Positions 24,961-36,734 of a stretch of DNA of 64,000 nt are shown here, piece by piece. The first letter of the stretch is position 1. Each line of letters opens with the position of its first letter. Below the pieces are notes generated by a model. The model made no database searches. It saw nothing but the letters and a program-made list of their open reading frames with translations, and was not told where the DNA came from. This stretch comes from Octopus sinensis (lineage: Eukaryota). Made by a program: the position numbers and the translations under genes. The DNA lies in the NCBI RefSeq assembly GCF_006345805.1, contig NC_043007.1, positions 43,772,001-43,836,000 of the forward strand, given 5' to 3'.

Positions 24961-25795
24961 CACACACACATAAATAAAAAGTCTTCTTCAATCATTACAC
25001 CATTGGAGAAGATAGGAAGGAGTCCTTTCTACAATATGGACATATTTACTTGAGTTTATGTTTCCTCAACACTCCACCAGCTCTGATCAACCATGGTTCC
25101 AAATTGCTCCCCAAGCCATCACAGAATAGCTGCTATATTTCATTGTTGGCTGCAATCTTTTCCCATCAAATTCTTGATTACAGAGTCTCCAGACCCACAC
25201 TCGACCACTGTCAGGAAATACAGTAAATCTGTCAGAATATGACAGTGTCTCAAAATGCTAGTTGCCTCTTCTCCGTCTCGCTGGCCCAATCTTTTCTCCG
25301 CTTGATGTTGGCTGGTCGAAGAAGTGGTTTCCTTCTTGCTGCTCTGTCATAGTAACTAAATTCGTGAATATATCTGTTTTGGGACTGACATCAGCTTGTT
25401 GTGCTATGTCAGAGGCCTTGTAACGAGGTTTATTCTCCACACTTCCTTTAGCAAAGGGAAGGGTCCTGTCAGAGGGCTCTAGTTGATCTGGACGAGGTGA
25501 TGTGAACTCCTTCCACTCTCTAGTGAATTGCACAATCACTCTATTAACTGTAGAAAGCGGGATCCTTAGGTTATCTACGATTTTACTCAATGGCCACCTT
25601 CTGAATGACCCACAATACAGACTCTTTGAATTTCAGACAGTTCCAAGGCGTATTTTGTACATAGCAAGGTTAAACAGTCACATGTAGAACCTGAAACATG
25701 AAAATGTCAATTAATATAAAATATAAACCATTACAAGTTAGAATAAACATAAAACGATGTTTTATGGCGTGTCTATTTACTTCTGCCATGTCTGT
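24452..25795 (-). mobile_element. Tc1-family DNA transposon (DD34E), decayed, with internal microsatellite patch
   Basis: TIRs CACA(G/C)ACATG(G/T)CAGAAGTAAATAGACAC at both ends. N-terminal LRIPLSTVNRVIVQF, RFTVFPDSGRVWVWR, and C-terminal CHMAK...WPSQSLDVNSIEHLWD...AKGVSTEY. Confidence 0.9.
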
Positions 25796-26536
25796 GTATC
25801 TATGCAAAACATTAGTAATTAGTAAATACGTGCTTATTGAGTTGTCCATCTAAGCTTCTCTCTAATCTGTCTCTATCTCCCTTACGTGCACACACACACA
25901 CATACACACACACACGGAGTCACTCACTCACACTCACATACATACACACATGTGCATACAGTGACGGACACTCATAGACATGTGATTTTAACTTTGTAAA
26001 ACTCATTTACAGCATCAATGGAGACCTAACAGATGCCAAGATAAATTATAATCTGTAAAAGAGTTTGCTGATAGGATGTGCTGGCTTAATGTATAGTAGC
26101 TTATTAAAAGTCGTAAAGTGGTTTCTACTTAATTGAAGTTGTAAAGGTAGCAACATATATATCTTCATCTTGGATCTCTAATTAGAGAGGAAACGATTTC
26201 GAAACAGATGTTTTGAAAGTATTGCATAGTAGATAAATAGACTTCTATTTACTTGTCCATAATTTATTTCTTTGGTAAAATAACACAATATTTAGGTTAA
26301 GTAGACACTGTTTTGTAATACACAAGTAAACTGTACTTGTTACTGTAGCCATTACTTTGAAAAAGAATGTATAAACAGGATTACCTATTTTTCAGGTTTA
26401 TTCCTTATCGGCGACATCGAAACAAAATAGAACATTAGGCTAGATGGACTTAAGTAGAATATCATGCTAGCATTAAGTAACTGTTGAATTATATTATAGA
26501 GATAAAACTATGCAATTAACAGTACAGCAGAATCAA

Positions 26537-26752
26537 TTCAACCCATTTGTTAATGCATTTCCGTTGAAACACCTTCTTTTATTTCATTTTAAAATAATGA
26601 AGAATTTAGAAAACATTTGTCATGCTGAAGCTGGTGATTGGAACATAAACATGAAATTTTGACGGAAAGTTTTTAATTTAGGTCACTAAAATACGAGGCT
26701 TGTAACACAAAATCAAGTGCTGTCTCAGACGAGTTAGTATCAAATGGGCGAA
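26537..26752. mobile_element. piggyBac-type MITE (putative)
   Basis: Perfect 8-bp terminal inverted CCCATTTG/CAAATGGG with degenerate TTAA-like flanks; about 215 bp, non-coding. Confidence 0.5.
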
Positions 26753-28241
26753 ACGAAATGTTATACAACTGAGAGTGTAATCGATAGAGCAGTTACTCAG
26801 TAAGCAATATATACAGAGTCAAGTCAAATTGCGCCTTTGAGCTTGATGTTTTATTTTTCAATCTCAAAATTAGTGCCTTTTTATGCCCAATACCATTTAT
26901 ACTAGCTTCTTAGAGCTACAACTTTTTAAATCGCTGATGTATCTGACAATCAGCCCAAAGAGTCCCGTGGTCTTCGTTTCGATGCTTATGCTTTACCCTC
27001 CAAATTCATTATGCTTTAATTTTGTTTAACCATTTCACAAATAGGTATTGTGAATAAGTATAGCTTGTCAATGAAAACAAGGCGAACTCTGAATATTTTA
27101 TAACACGATATTAAATATTATGAATATCAAAGTGAGACAACCAGTCACTGACAAGAATTGAACAATTTTGAGAAGAGTAAATTACAAGCATTCTCTAGTG
27201 TAACCGTTCATGTGATTACACGACAAGCGGAAGATGCGTGGTTCTAACTTCATCAGTAGAATAATTGTTATTTTTGTCCTTGATCTCTTCGTATAATTGA
27301 TTCTAATACCATCAATGAAGATGGACTGAAAGGTTCACAGGCTAACTAAGAAGGAATGCTACTAGAGCGGTGAAATCTTGCATACACTAATTTCAAATCT
27401 TCTTAATAATAGCATTGTTTCTTTCCAGGTAAACTGACATCTGACTTCTCAAAGAAGGCTTCAAAAGTAACTAATTGCGACTTCTCTTGAAAATGGGCAA
27501 AATTTGGCACTGTACTATTATCAAGTACCTGCAGAAGAAGAGTTTATCCTCCAGGGACATTCATGCTGACATGCTTGCTACATTAGGGGATGACATACCA
27601 GCTTTATCAACAATGCAAAAGTAGGCAGCTGGATTTAGAAGAAGGGAGAATCTCGATGATCACCCGAAGTCTAGAAGTCCTGAAAATGCCGCCACCCAGG
27701 AAAACATTAATCATGTTCACCACATAGTGATGGATGACAGGCGACTGACCATAGATGAAATAGCCAATGCTATTAGCATATCTTGTGAGAGAGTTGATTG
27801 TATTGTGGATAATGAACTTGGCATGACGAAGGTTTCTGCTCGGTAGGTGCTGCGTTTTCTGACACCTGATCAAAAGCACACCAGGCTAATCCCATCACAA
27901 GAAAATCTGATATTGTTTTGAGGCAGATCCTGGTTTCCTTGAACGTTTCCTAACCTCAAATGAGTGTTGAGTTTATCAATTTCAACCAGAGATAAAGAAT
28001 CATTCTATGCAGTGGAAATACGCCTCCTCACCTACTCGAAAGAAACCCAAGGCGACGGCCTCAGTTTTGTGATGCAGAAGGCTTTGTGTTTATTGAATAT
28101 TTTCAAAAGAGTTATACCATTAATATAGAGTACTATGCCAACTAGGTGAGACAGTTACCAATGGCTATCAAGATCAAATACCCTTGAATGGACTGCAAAG
28201 GGAATATTTTGAAAAATAAACCTCATTATGTCAAATTCTGT

Positions 28242-28448
28242 TGTGGCGAGAGTCAGTGATACGACTGGGGGACTGGAAGAATGGACTAGTCGAACTCTTA
28301 TAAAGAGTAACATATTGGTTGAGACGACAGGTCGACAGGAGTCGTTGAGAGGGCATTTTGGAGTCTCACGAAGTACGTCGTGTGAACACATTGATTTTAC
28401 CTTTGCAACGTTAAATTAATATATCCAACGTTTGTCAAGGATATAAAA
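28242..28448 (+). repeat. 5' LTR
   Basis: Starts TGT. About 26 substitutions and 1 indel versus the 3' LTR (about 87% identity, counted by eye). Both copies end ...ATAAAA rather than CA. Confidence 0.9.
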
Positions 28449-28526
28449 GTGGCGATGAGATATTCGAAGCTTGCGTCGAACGTTAAACTTATTTTTTGGT
28501 ATGAATTCAAAGAAAAACTCATTAAC

Positions 28527-29400
28527 ATGGAAGACTTATTGGTTTGCCTGTGCAGTTGCAACAGCAACAACAGCAGTTACAACAACAACTACAACAACAA
28601 CAATGCCAACAGTTACTGGAAGTAATGTTGAAGAAGTCTGAAAATACTTCAGGTTCGTTCTCGTCAGACGGTGTAGCAAACTTAATTGAAGAATTTATTT
28701 ATAACCTAGAAAGTACTACTTTTTCTGCATATTCTGAAGATACGAAGAAATCTTCAAAGAAGAACATAAACACTGGAATGACGAGAAGAAGGGGCGACTA
28801 CTTTTAAGAAAGTTATTCTCTGTCGAAAAGGAAAAATACTGTAATTATATTCTGCCGAAGAAACCAGGTGAGATTTGTTTCGATGAAACAATTTGTTATC
28901 GAGAATTTTAAGTGAAAGAAGTTCCCTGTTCAATACTCGTTGACAGTGTTTAAATTTAGTTAAAAAAGATTATGAAGATTTCGTTATCTATGCTGGGGTC
29001 GTTAACGGGGAGTGTGAAGAATTCAATTTAAATTAATTAGCTCCAGATTTGTTCAAATGTCAAATTTTTGTTCAAGGGCTAACTGCAAGAAAAGATGTTG
29101 ATATACGTTCCTGTATATTAACAACATTAGAACAAGACCAAAAATTAACTCTACAGGCAGTAGCGGAAGAATGCCAGAAGATTATAGATTTAAGACGTGA
29201 CGCTGATAAAATTGAAGAAAAATAATGCTCTCAGATACATGCGTACCGACCTGAAACGGATAAGAAAAAGGAAAAACGAACATCAAGGCCAAATCCATGC
29301 TATGGGTGCGGAGGTTTACATTTTAAAAATCGTAAACGTTTTGATTGGGGAAAAATCGGACATAAAAGCTCACAATGAAAAGCGAAACAATAAAAAAAGA
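28527..29400 (+). pseudogene. Gypsy gag remnant
   Basis: Poly-Q N-terminus, then WNDEKKGRLLLRKL..EKEKYCNYILPK, FKCQIFVQGL..DIRSCIL..LEQD.KLTLQAVAEECQ and a PCYGCG..H knuckle remnant; frameshifted. Confidence 0.8.
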
Positions 29401-29429
29401 TCTAGCAAAAAAATTCTAGAAAGAATGTA

Positions 29430-30020
29430 TTGTTAACAAAAGTTCTAGGCGAGGCTCAGGCAAGAAAATTTATGTCCATAAAACTGAATAATGTGAATAT
29501 CAAATTACAATTGGATACGGGCAGTGATATCACGATAATTAATACAGATACATGGGACAAAATAGGGAAAGCTAGATTAAAGGAAACTTACATGTTACAT
29601 TTGGAAAAACCTTGAAAACCAAAGTTTTTGTGTTGAAAAATACGACAAATTTATTTAGAACAGACTGAATGGAACTATAAGGCGTAGGAGGATTTAACAA
29701 AAAAAAATTTTTTAATTGTTCACTGTTTTCTTCTGAGGAATTGGGTCTTTGTACAAAAACAGAGGCGAAGTTTCAAGTGAAAGAAAACGCTATACGGATA
29801 TTTAAACAAAAACGAACGGTACCTTTCGCAGCGTTGAAACAAGTCAACGAAGAATTGGATAGACTTGAAAAGCTTGGCATTATTGAAAAAATTGATTACA
29901 CAAAACGTGTGTAGTTTATGTCAAGGAAAACCGAGTATGCGCTGATTTTTCAACTTAATTAAACAAATGTTTGATGCCATGTAATTACCCGTTGCCAAGT
30001 CCGGAGGGAATTTGAGTGAA
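29430..30020 (+). pseudogene. Gypsy protease and RT N-terminus remnant
   Basis: KLQLDTGSDITIIN (aspartic protease DTG), FSEELGLCTKTEAKF..RTVPFAALKQVNEELDRLEKLGII, VCADFS, YPLPSPE, then truncation. Confidence 0.88.
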
Positions 30021-30239
30021 AAAATTTGTTTTCAATTGCCTGTGACATTGCCTGTGACATTGGAGGAAATAAAAATTAAGGCAGAGGGAGAACACTAAAA
30101 GTACGTCAAAAATGAAAAAAATAGTGAGATCAAAAGAAACAAATAAAATATACGTGTGGTTGGACGTAACAGTTTCGAATTTGTATTCGTTATGTGATAA
30201 TGTGCTTGTGTTTGCACGGAGTGTCGTAATGCCTACTTC

Positions 30240-31300
30240 ACTACAAAGTTGAATGTTAAAGGAAATCCACATTGCACATCCAGGAATTTCTAGGATAAAG
30301 TCGCTTATGAGGAGTTATGTTTACTGGCCAAAAATAGATCTAGATATTTAGAAGTTGGTAAAATCCTGCAGAGGTTGTGCACTTGCAGTGAAATCACTAC
30401 CTATAAAATTTCAACCTTGGCCCAAGACCGATATTCCATGGTCCAGACTACACATAGACTTTGCAGGCCCGTCGAACTGATCATATTATCTAATGGTGGT
30501 AGATAGCTTTTCAAAATGGTCAGAAATGTGTTAATGTAGAAACCCACATCCACAGTAACAGTGAAATTTCTGCACGAACTTTTTGTTAGGTATGGTGTCC
30601 CGAATACCATAGCCTCCGATAACGGTACACAATTATAGGCGTAGGAGTGGCTGTGTGGTAAGTAGCTTGCTTACGAACTACATGGTTCCGGGTTCAGTCC
30701 CACTGCGTGGCACCTTAGGCAAGTGTCTTCTACTATAGCCTCGGGCTGTCCAAAGCCTTGTGAGTGGATTTGGTAGACGGAAACTGAAAGAAGCCCATCG
30801 TATATATGTATATATACATATGTATGTGTGTGTACACGTTTGTGTGTCTGTGTTTGTCCCCCCAACATCGCTTAACAACCGATGCTGGTGTGTTTACGTC
30901 CCCGTAACTTAGCGGTTCGGCAAAAGAGACCGATAGAATAAATACTAGGCTTACAAAGAATAGGCCCTGGAGTCAGATGACTGAAACAAGTAAAAGAGTA
31001 AACGAGTAATTCACGCCGAATGAATTAAAGAATGTTTGCAAGATGTACTCGATTGAACATATCACTACTCCTCCGTATCACCCAAGATCAAACGGGCTAG
31101 AGGAAAGTTTCGTGGATACATTTAAAAGAGCATTAAAGAAATCAAGAAACGAGCTAGTCGATGACGCGGAATTGGACACAGTCCTTGAGGGTTTATAGAA
31201 TAACACCAAACCCAAACACTTTTTCAGGTAGGTCTCCTGCGGAATTAATCTTTACTCGAAAAATAAAGTCAATTTTTGACAAGCTTCTACCAGTAAGAAA
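30240..31300 (+). pseudogene. Gypsy integrase remnant interrupted by a SINE
   Basis: EIHIAHPGI..YVYWP..CRGC (HHCC), WSRLHIDFAGP, VVDSFSKW, ASDNGTQ|SINE|FT, TPPYHPRSNGLEESFVDTFKRAL. Confidence 0.9.
30635..31007 (+). mobile_element. SINE family B inserted in the integrase SDNGTQF motif
   Basis: Head GGCGTAGGAGTGGCTGTGTGGTAAG. AATT on both sides (30631-30634 and 31008-31011); removing the SINE restores GTQFT. Confidence 0.92.
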
Positions 31301-31719
31301 AGCAAATAGGGAAAACACTAAAAATACGTCAACGCATTTTGATATCGATGACAAGGTGTTTTTCAAAATATACAAAAATGGAAGACAAGGTTGGGAAGAC
31401 GGACTAATAACAAAAAGAATAGGCAAAATGACATATATGATAAGAAGCGAAAAATGGGAATACAAAAGGCATTTAAACTAGATATACGGAAAAAAGAAAA
31501 GAGAAACCCATGGAAGTGTTCTATGACAACTTTGATGCTCCAACGCCATAAAAAATTGAACCTTGGCGTAAGTAGCACAAGAAATAGGAAACAAACAAAA
31601 CGGTTGAAGTGGTGCCAAAATGGAAGAAATATTAAACTTCCCTAAGAGCAAAATCTCAAAAGAAAAATAAATAAATAAAAATATCAACTTCCAACCGAAG
31701 TCAATTTCAAAGGGGGAGA

Positions 31720-31927
31720 TGTGACGACAGTCATTGATACGACTGGGAGATTGGAAGAATGGACTAGCCGAACTTTTATAAAGAGTAGCGTATGGGTTGA
31801 GACAACAGTTTGATGGGAGTCGTTGAAAGAGCGTGCTGGAGTCTCGCGAAGTACGTCGTGTGAACCCATTGATTTTACCTCCGCATCGTTAAATTATATA
31901 TATTCAACGTTTGTCAAGGATATAAAA
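31720..31927 (+). repeat. 3' LTR
   Basis: Immediately follows the polypurine tract and aligns over its full length to 28242-28448. Confidence 0.9.
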
Positions 31928-31991
31928 GATCCCATGAGAGTATCTTGGTCAACTTATGAACTTTTCAGCCAACCCTTGTATATGTTAATAT

Positions 31992-32318
31992 GGATGGCTC
32001 AGTGGTTAGAGAGTCGAGCTTACGATCGTGAGGTTGTGAGTTCGAATCCCGGACAGGGCTGCGTGTTGTGTTCTTGAGCAAGACACTTTATTTCACGTTG
32101 CTCCAGTTCACTCAGCTGTAGAAATGAGTTGCGACGTCACATGTGCCAAGCTGTATCGGCCTTTGCCTTTCCCTTGGATAACACTGGTGGCATGGAGAGG
32201 GGAGGCCGGTATGCATGGGCGACTACTGGTCTTCCATAAGCAACCTTGCCCGGACTTGTGCCTGGGAGGATAACTTCCTAGGTGCAATCCCATGGTCAGT
32301 CATGACCGAAGGAGGTCT
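31992..32318 (+). mobile_element. tRNA-derived SINE family C
   Basis: A box TGGCTCAGTGG and B box GTTCGAATCC, followed by the conserved TTGAGCAAGACACTTTATTTCACGTTGCTCCAG core shared with 45319-45641. Confidence 0.85.
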
Positions 32319-32861
32319 CCGCATTAGAATCAATTATACGAAAAAATTTGTGCCTAACACTAAGGGAGATAAATCAAGTGATGTGAAAGAATTTGTTGGG
32401 TGTTAGGGTAGTGGTGACAGAGACAGCGATACTGATATTGACATTGATAATAGTAAATGGAGAGATAAAGAGAGTGGGTGGAGAAATAAAGGAAATTTCA
32501 AGTGAGAGAATAAACACATATTTTAATGTGTGAATATTATTGCCTATTTTCATTGACGTATACTCCCTTTGAAAACTGATTTCATTTATCAATCTTTATT
32601 CAGTCTGTCTGACGTCATGAATTTGATCACTGATAATCATAGGCGAATTGAGTTGCAAATTGGATGTGATTGCCATTGTATGAAATTTACGAGATTTTCT
32701 CAATTTCTAAGATGATTCTCTTCTGAAATTTTCTGCGATATTGGGATTTAAGGAAGGGTTAGATATGTCAAGATACACCAAAGTTTATTTAAAATCATTT
32801 CCTGTGAATAGTGTCCTTGTAATTGATTCAACTTATTTTGTATTACAGTATTCATGTAGCA

Positions 32862-32921
<60 letters not shown>

Positions 32922-32922
<1 letters not shown>

Positions 32923-33320
32923 CCTTTTATTCTTTTAGTGGTTTCAGTCATTTGACTGCGGCCATGCTGTAGCCCCACCTTTAGTCGAAGAAATCGACCC
33001 CATGACGGATTTTTTGTAAGCCTAGTACTTATTCTATCGATTTTTTGCCGAACCTCTACGTTACGGGGACGCAAACACTCCAACATCGATTGTCAGGCGG
33101 TGGGAGGGGGTGGGAGACAAACACAGACACGCAAACATATATACATATATATATTTACGACGGTCTTCTTTCAGTTTCCGTCTACCAAATCCACTCACAA
33201 GGTTTTGGTCGGGCCGAAGCTATAGTAGAAGACACTTGCCTAAAGTGTCACGTAGTGGGACTGAAACCGGAACCAAGTGATTGGGAAGAAAGCTTCTTAT
33301 AACACAGCCGCGCCTGCACC
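32922..33320 (-). mobile_element. SINE family B
   Basis: Reverse complement of the family B consensus. Confidence 0.9.
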
Positions 33321-33369
33321 TAAACTATTTTATTATTTTGAACAAACAATCGTATATTTATGAATATCT

Positions 33370-33603
33370 ATCTCTTTACTACCCACAAGAGGCTAAACAC
33401 AGAGGGGACAAACAAGGACAAACAAACGGACTAAGTCGATCAAATCGACCCCAGTGCGTAACTGGTACTTATTTAATCGACCCCGAAAGGATGAAAGGCA
33501 AAGTCGATCGCGGAGGAATTTGAACTCAGAACGTAACGGCAGACGAAATACCGCTCAGCATTTCGCCCGGCGTGCTAACGTTTCTGCCAGCTCGCCGCCT
33601 TAT
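33370..33603 (-). mobile_element. SINE family A, full length, young
   Basis: Perfect 22-bp TSD AATCGTATATTTATGAATATCT at 33348-33369 and 33604-33625. Confidence 0.93.
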
Positions 33604-34256
33604 AATCGTATATTTATGAATATCTTATTTGACAATGAGTTCCCTACTAGTTCAGCAAATGAACTCGAGAATATACATCATTGGTGAAGCCAATTAGAAG
33701 CATTCTAAAGTTTTCTTCTGTGCTTCCCGGAAAATGTAAAAAATAACATTAACTAATCATTAATATTGCTTTTGCTTTATATTTCTTACTACGTATTTCG
33801 TTGTACTTTAGCTTCAAGTATCTTGTATATTAACATCCACTTTAGCGAAAGTTAGCACAGCCAAGCAGCTGAAGTATTATTAATACAATCACTCGGCTTT
33901 CCACTTGGAAAAGCGAAAAGCAATAGACTAAAGGTGTAACAGTAACTGCTCGTACAGCATAACTCTTCGGTTTAGAGTAGCAACAGAGCGCTAACAGTAT
34001 AAAGTGTCAGTAAATAAACGACAGTTTTGAAAAATGATCTCATATAATCTCTCTAAATGACAAAATGACAATGTAAAGCGTGCCAATATTATAATTGCTG
34101 AAATGGTTAATTATACGAAAACTATTCTACAATTATATGGTAATTATTCATCTATGAACCACTTAACATTCATAAACTATTTGCTAAAAGAGATCTGTGG
34201 GTACCTATGTAAAAGAAGGGAAATAAAATGCAAGCATGATGTCTCAAACTAACGTG

Positions 34257-34420
34257 GGCACGAACACAGCTGTGTGTTTAAATAGATCGATTCTCAACTA
34301 TATGGTTTTAGGTTCAATCCTCCTGCGTAACACCTAGGGCAAGTATTTTATACAATAGTCTTGAATCGTCCAGAGCCTTGTGAGTAAAATCTGGCAGACA
34401 AAGACAGTGTGGAAACCCGC
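34257..34420 (+). mobile_element. SINE family B, diverged 5' part
   Basis: Degenerate match to the head and core. Confidence 0.55.
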
Positions 34421-34761
34421 TGAAGGGATCATTCCTCTGAAGTGGTAAACTTAATCAATCGCCCAGTTTAGCACCGCAACCTGCCACCTTACATACCTTT
34501 ATCATAGGCTGCTCTAGTGCAAGCATTTGGATTAGATCCCTGGTCAAAGAATAACTTCTTCCAATTCTCTAATCAGTCTCAGAGGCCCTAAAAGGAGTGA
34601 AAGCAGCCGCTCATCCTCCTCTAACTGAGACATAAATAAAAGCAATGACTCATGAAAGATCGGACTAAGTAAACAAGGTTCCATTAAAAATGATGTTCTT
34701 AGTAGATTTAATTACTGTTATCATGTATTAAAGAACAGATTTATTAGATATTTAATAATTT

Positions 34762-34958
34762 CAAATTTTGGCACAAGGCCAGCAATTTTGAGGAGGAGGT
34801 AAATCGATTTTATCGATCCCAGTACTCAACTAATACTTATTTTATCGACACCGGAAAGATGAAAGGCGAAGTCGACCTTGGTAGAATTTGAACTCAGAAC
34901 GTGAAAACGGACGAAATGCCACCCGGCTTGCTTCCGAATCTGCCAGCTCGCCGCCTGT
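34762..34958 (-). mobile_element. SINE family A
   Basis: Matches the family A body, with an internal deletion. Confidence 0.8.
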
Positions 34959-35059
34959 TTACTAGATATTTTATTAATAACATTTAAATACAAAGAAACA
35001 AGGAAACAGAAACTGGAGAATGAAGTAAAAAGGGGTTTTAAGCAGCAGAAGGTGCAGGG

Positions 35060-35330
35060 GAGGGGTAATAAGACACATCCCACCCCAGAACAACTGGCGT
35101 TTTCAGCCGCGCCCCGCAGTCAGGAATGCGATGGCGTTACATCGGAGAATGGCCAACGAAACTACCTGCAGCAGTCGCTCTATCTTACAGGGCGCATTTT
35201 TAAGATGGGTCGCCGCTATCCCAGTATTAAGGAGGAATCTGCAAAGTGGGATCCAAAAACACCGAAGGTCTCGACGGTGTCTGGCACAAACTGATAGCGG
35301 CCGGTCAGGCATCTGTTCTTATGAACTTTT
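35060..35330 (-). mobile_element. CRE-like (REL-endonuclease) non-LTR retrotransposon, C-terminal fragment
   Basis: Joined frames read YQFVPDTVETFGVFGSH..RFLLNTG...ERLLQVVSLAILRCNAIAFL, resembling the F.P.AVET.G.WG...QR.S.A.QRGNA ending of CRE-clade elements. GC-rich island. Confidence 0.55.
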
Positions 35331-35374
35331 TTGACTGAGTGCGTTATGTATTACGTATAGATAAGCATATAAAG

Positions 35375-35835
35375 TGCTGATAAATAGCTGGATAGTCCGA
35401 GCATAGGACAAATGTACTTTGGTAATTATTTCGGTGCTTTGCATTCTATGTTCAATTTCCATCGAAGTTAACTTTGCCTCTCGTTCTTTCAGATCGATAA
35501 ATAAAGTGCTAGAAAAGCACTGGAGTCGATTTCTCCCCCTCTTCCCCTAGAATCGGCCATGTTGTACTGTTAAAGGGTTATGAAAAGATTACTTGTATGA
35601 CCCCACAATAAAAAGCGTCCAAAAAAAGGACATCCGTTTTCACGCCCTCCATATAACATGGACCCATGTTCTGTGATCTTTTGAATATGATTTTTAATGA
35701 AAACTCATCTTAATGAAAGAATGTGATCAGAATTTGCGTTCTCAGTTCAAATTCCGCCAAAGTCAACTTAGTCTTGAATCATTAGAGGTCAATAAAATAA
35801 AGGTACTACTCAAATATTGGGTTCAATTTCCCCGC
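35375..35835 (+). mobile_element. Two diverged SINE family A remnants (about 35375-35580 and 35725-35835)
   Basis: Degenerate B-box and GTCGAT/AATAAAGT body motifs. Confidence 0.5.
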
Positions 35836-36734
35836 ATCTCTCTCTCTTTCTCTTCCTCTCTGTTCCCCTCTCTCTCTCTTTATCTTCTCTCTGCCCCTCC
35901 TCTCTCTTTATCTTCTCTCTGCCCCCACTCTCTCTCTCAGATTCGGCTATGATGTGCTGTAGTGTTAGAGGTTTATGGAGGGACAATTCACAGTGTCCAA
36001 AAGAGGTCACATAACATGGCGGGTGTAACGGACCAATGTCATTTCTTGTGAAGATACTTTCCAATTAGAACTCAATACTATGGAAGCATAATCAGGATGT
36101 ACACTGTCGCAATTTTGGACAGCCCTTAAACTTTTTTTCAGGAATTCGATATACTTGTCTCTTTCTCCGTACGATTAGATGGAATCTACTAACATTTTTA
36201 CATACGGAATGGGCTAAACAAACGTCATCCAAGATTAATTATGCATTTCTCTCCACGACTTATGACGTCGTGCATTATGCATAAACATAGTTTTCTAGTG
36301 AAGATTGTTTGGGGGTTAACCTCCCAGCTATGAAAGCATGTAATTAAAGATTATGTGGTGAAAGGTATAATTAATCTATTACTGACGTAGTGCTCTGCAG
36401 GAAATTATCGATTTTTCCTTTCTGGAATAAAAATAAATCTGAAGTGGAAAATCTGCAATGATTTTGAGATTCATAAAAAGGTGTTACATTCGTTGAGGCT
36501 GTAGTAGTAGCATGGCCCGTAATAATGACTTCCGGTCGTTTATGTCCGGTAAATTAAGGTTCTTGACACCGTTCACGAGCAACGCTTTTTCATATTCTGA
36601 TTTTAAATGTTTTTTAGGCTTCCATTTATATTCTATAACGACTAACATCAATTAAATGAAAATATGTAGTCAACAAACGTTATTGCCAGGAATTTCACGT
36701 AAGAGAACCCGCACACCAAGTCTTCTACGGCATT

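Larger units (their letters stand above)
28242..31927 (+). mobile_element. Gypsy/Ty3 LTR retrotransposon, both LTRs present, RT core and RNase H deleted
   Basis: Paired LTRs of about 207 bp, PBS TGGCGATGAG at 28450-28459, PPT AAAGGGGGAGA at 31709-31719, domain order gag-PR-RT-IN. Confidence 0.95.
27314..31980 (+). mobile_element. Internally deleted mariner (27314-28241 plus 31928-31980) split by a Gypsy insertion
   Basis: Transposase MGKIWHCTIIKYLQKK...DDRRLTIDEIA...KVSAR*V..LTPDQK...IEYFQKSYTINIEYYAN..IKIKYP jumps to the terminal DCKG..EK*. The right TIR (reverse complement TACAAGGGTTGGCTGAAAAGTTCATAAG) lies after the 3' LTR; a degenerate left TIR is near 27314. Confidence 0.8.

Noticed and set aside
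31992-32070. tRNA-Val(TAC)-like sequence with A and B boxes
   Set aside because: Acceptor and anticodon stems do not pair properly and it continues directly into a SINE core; it is a SINE head, not a tRNA gene.
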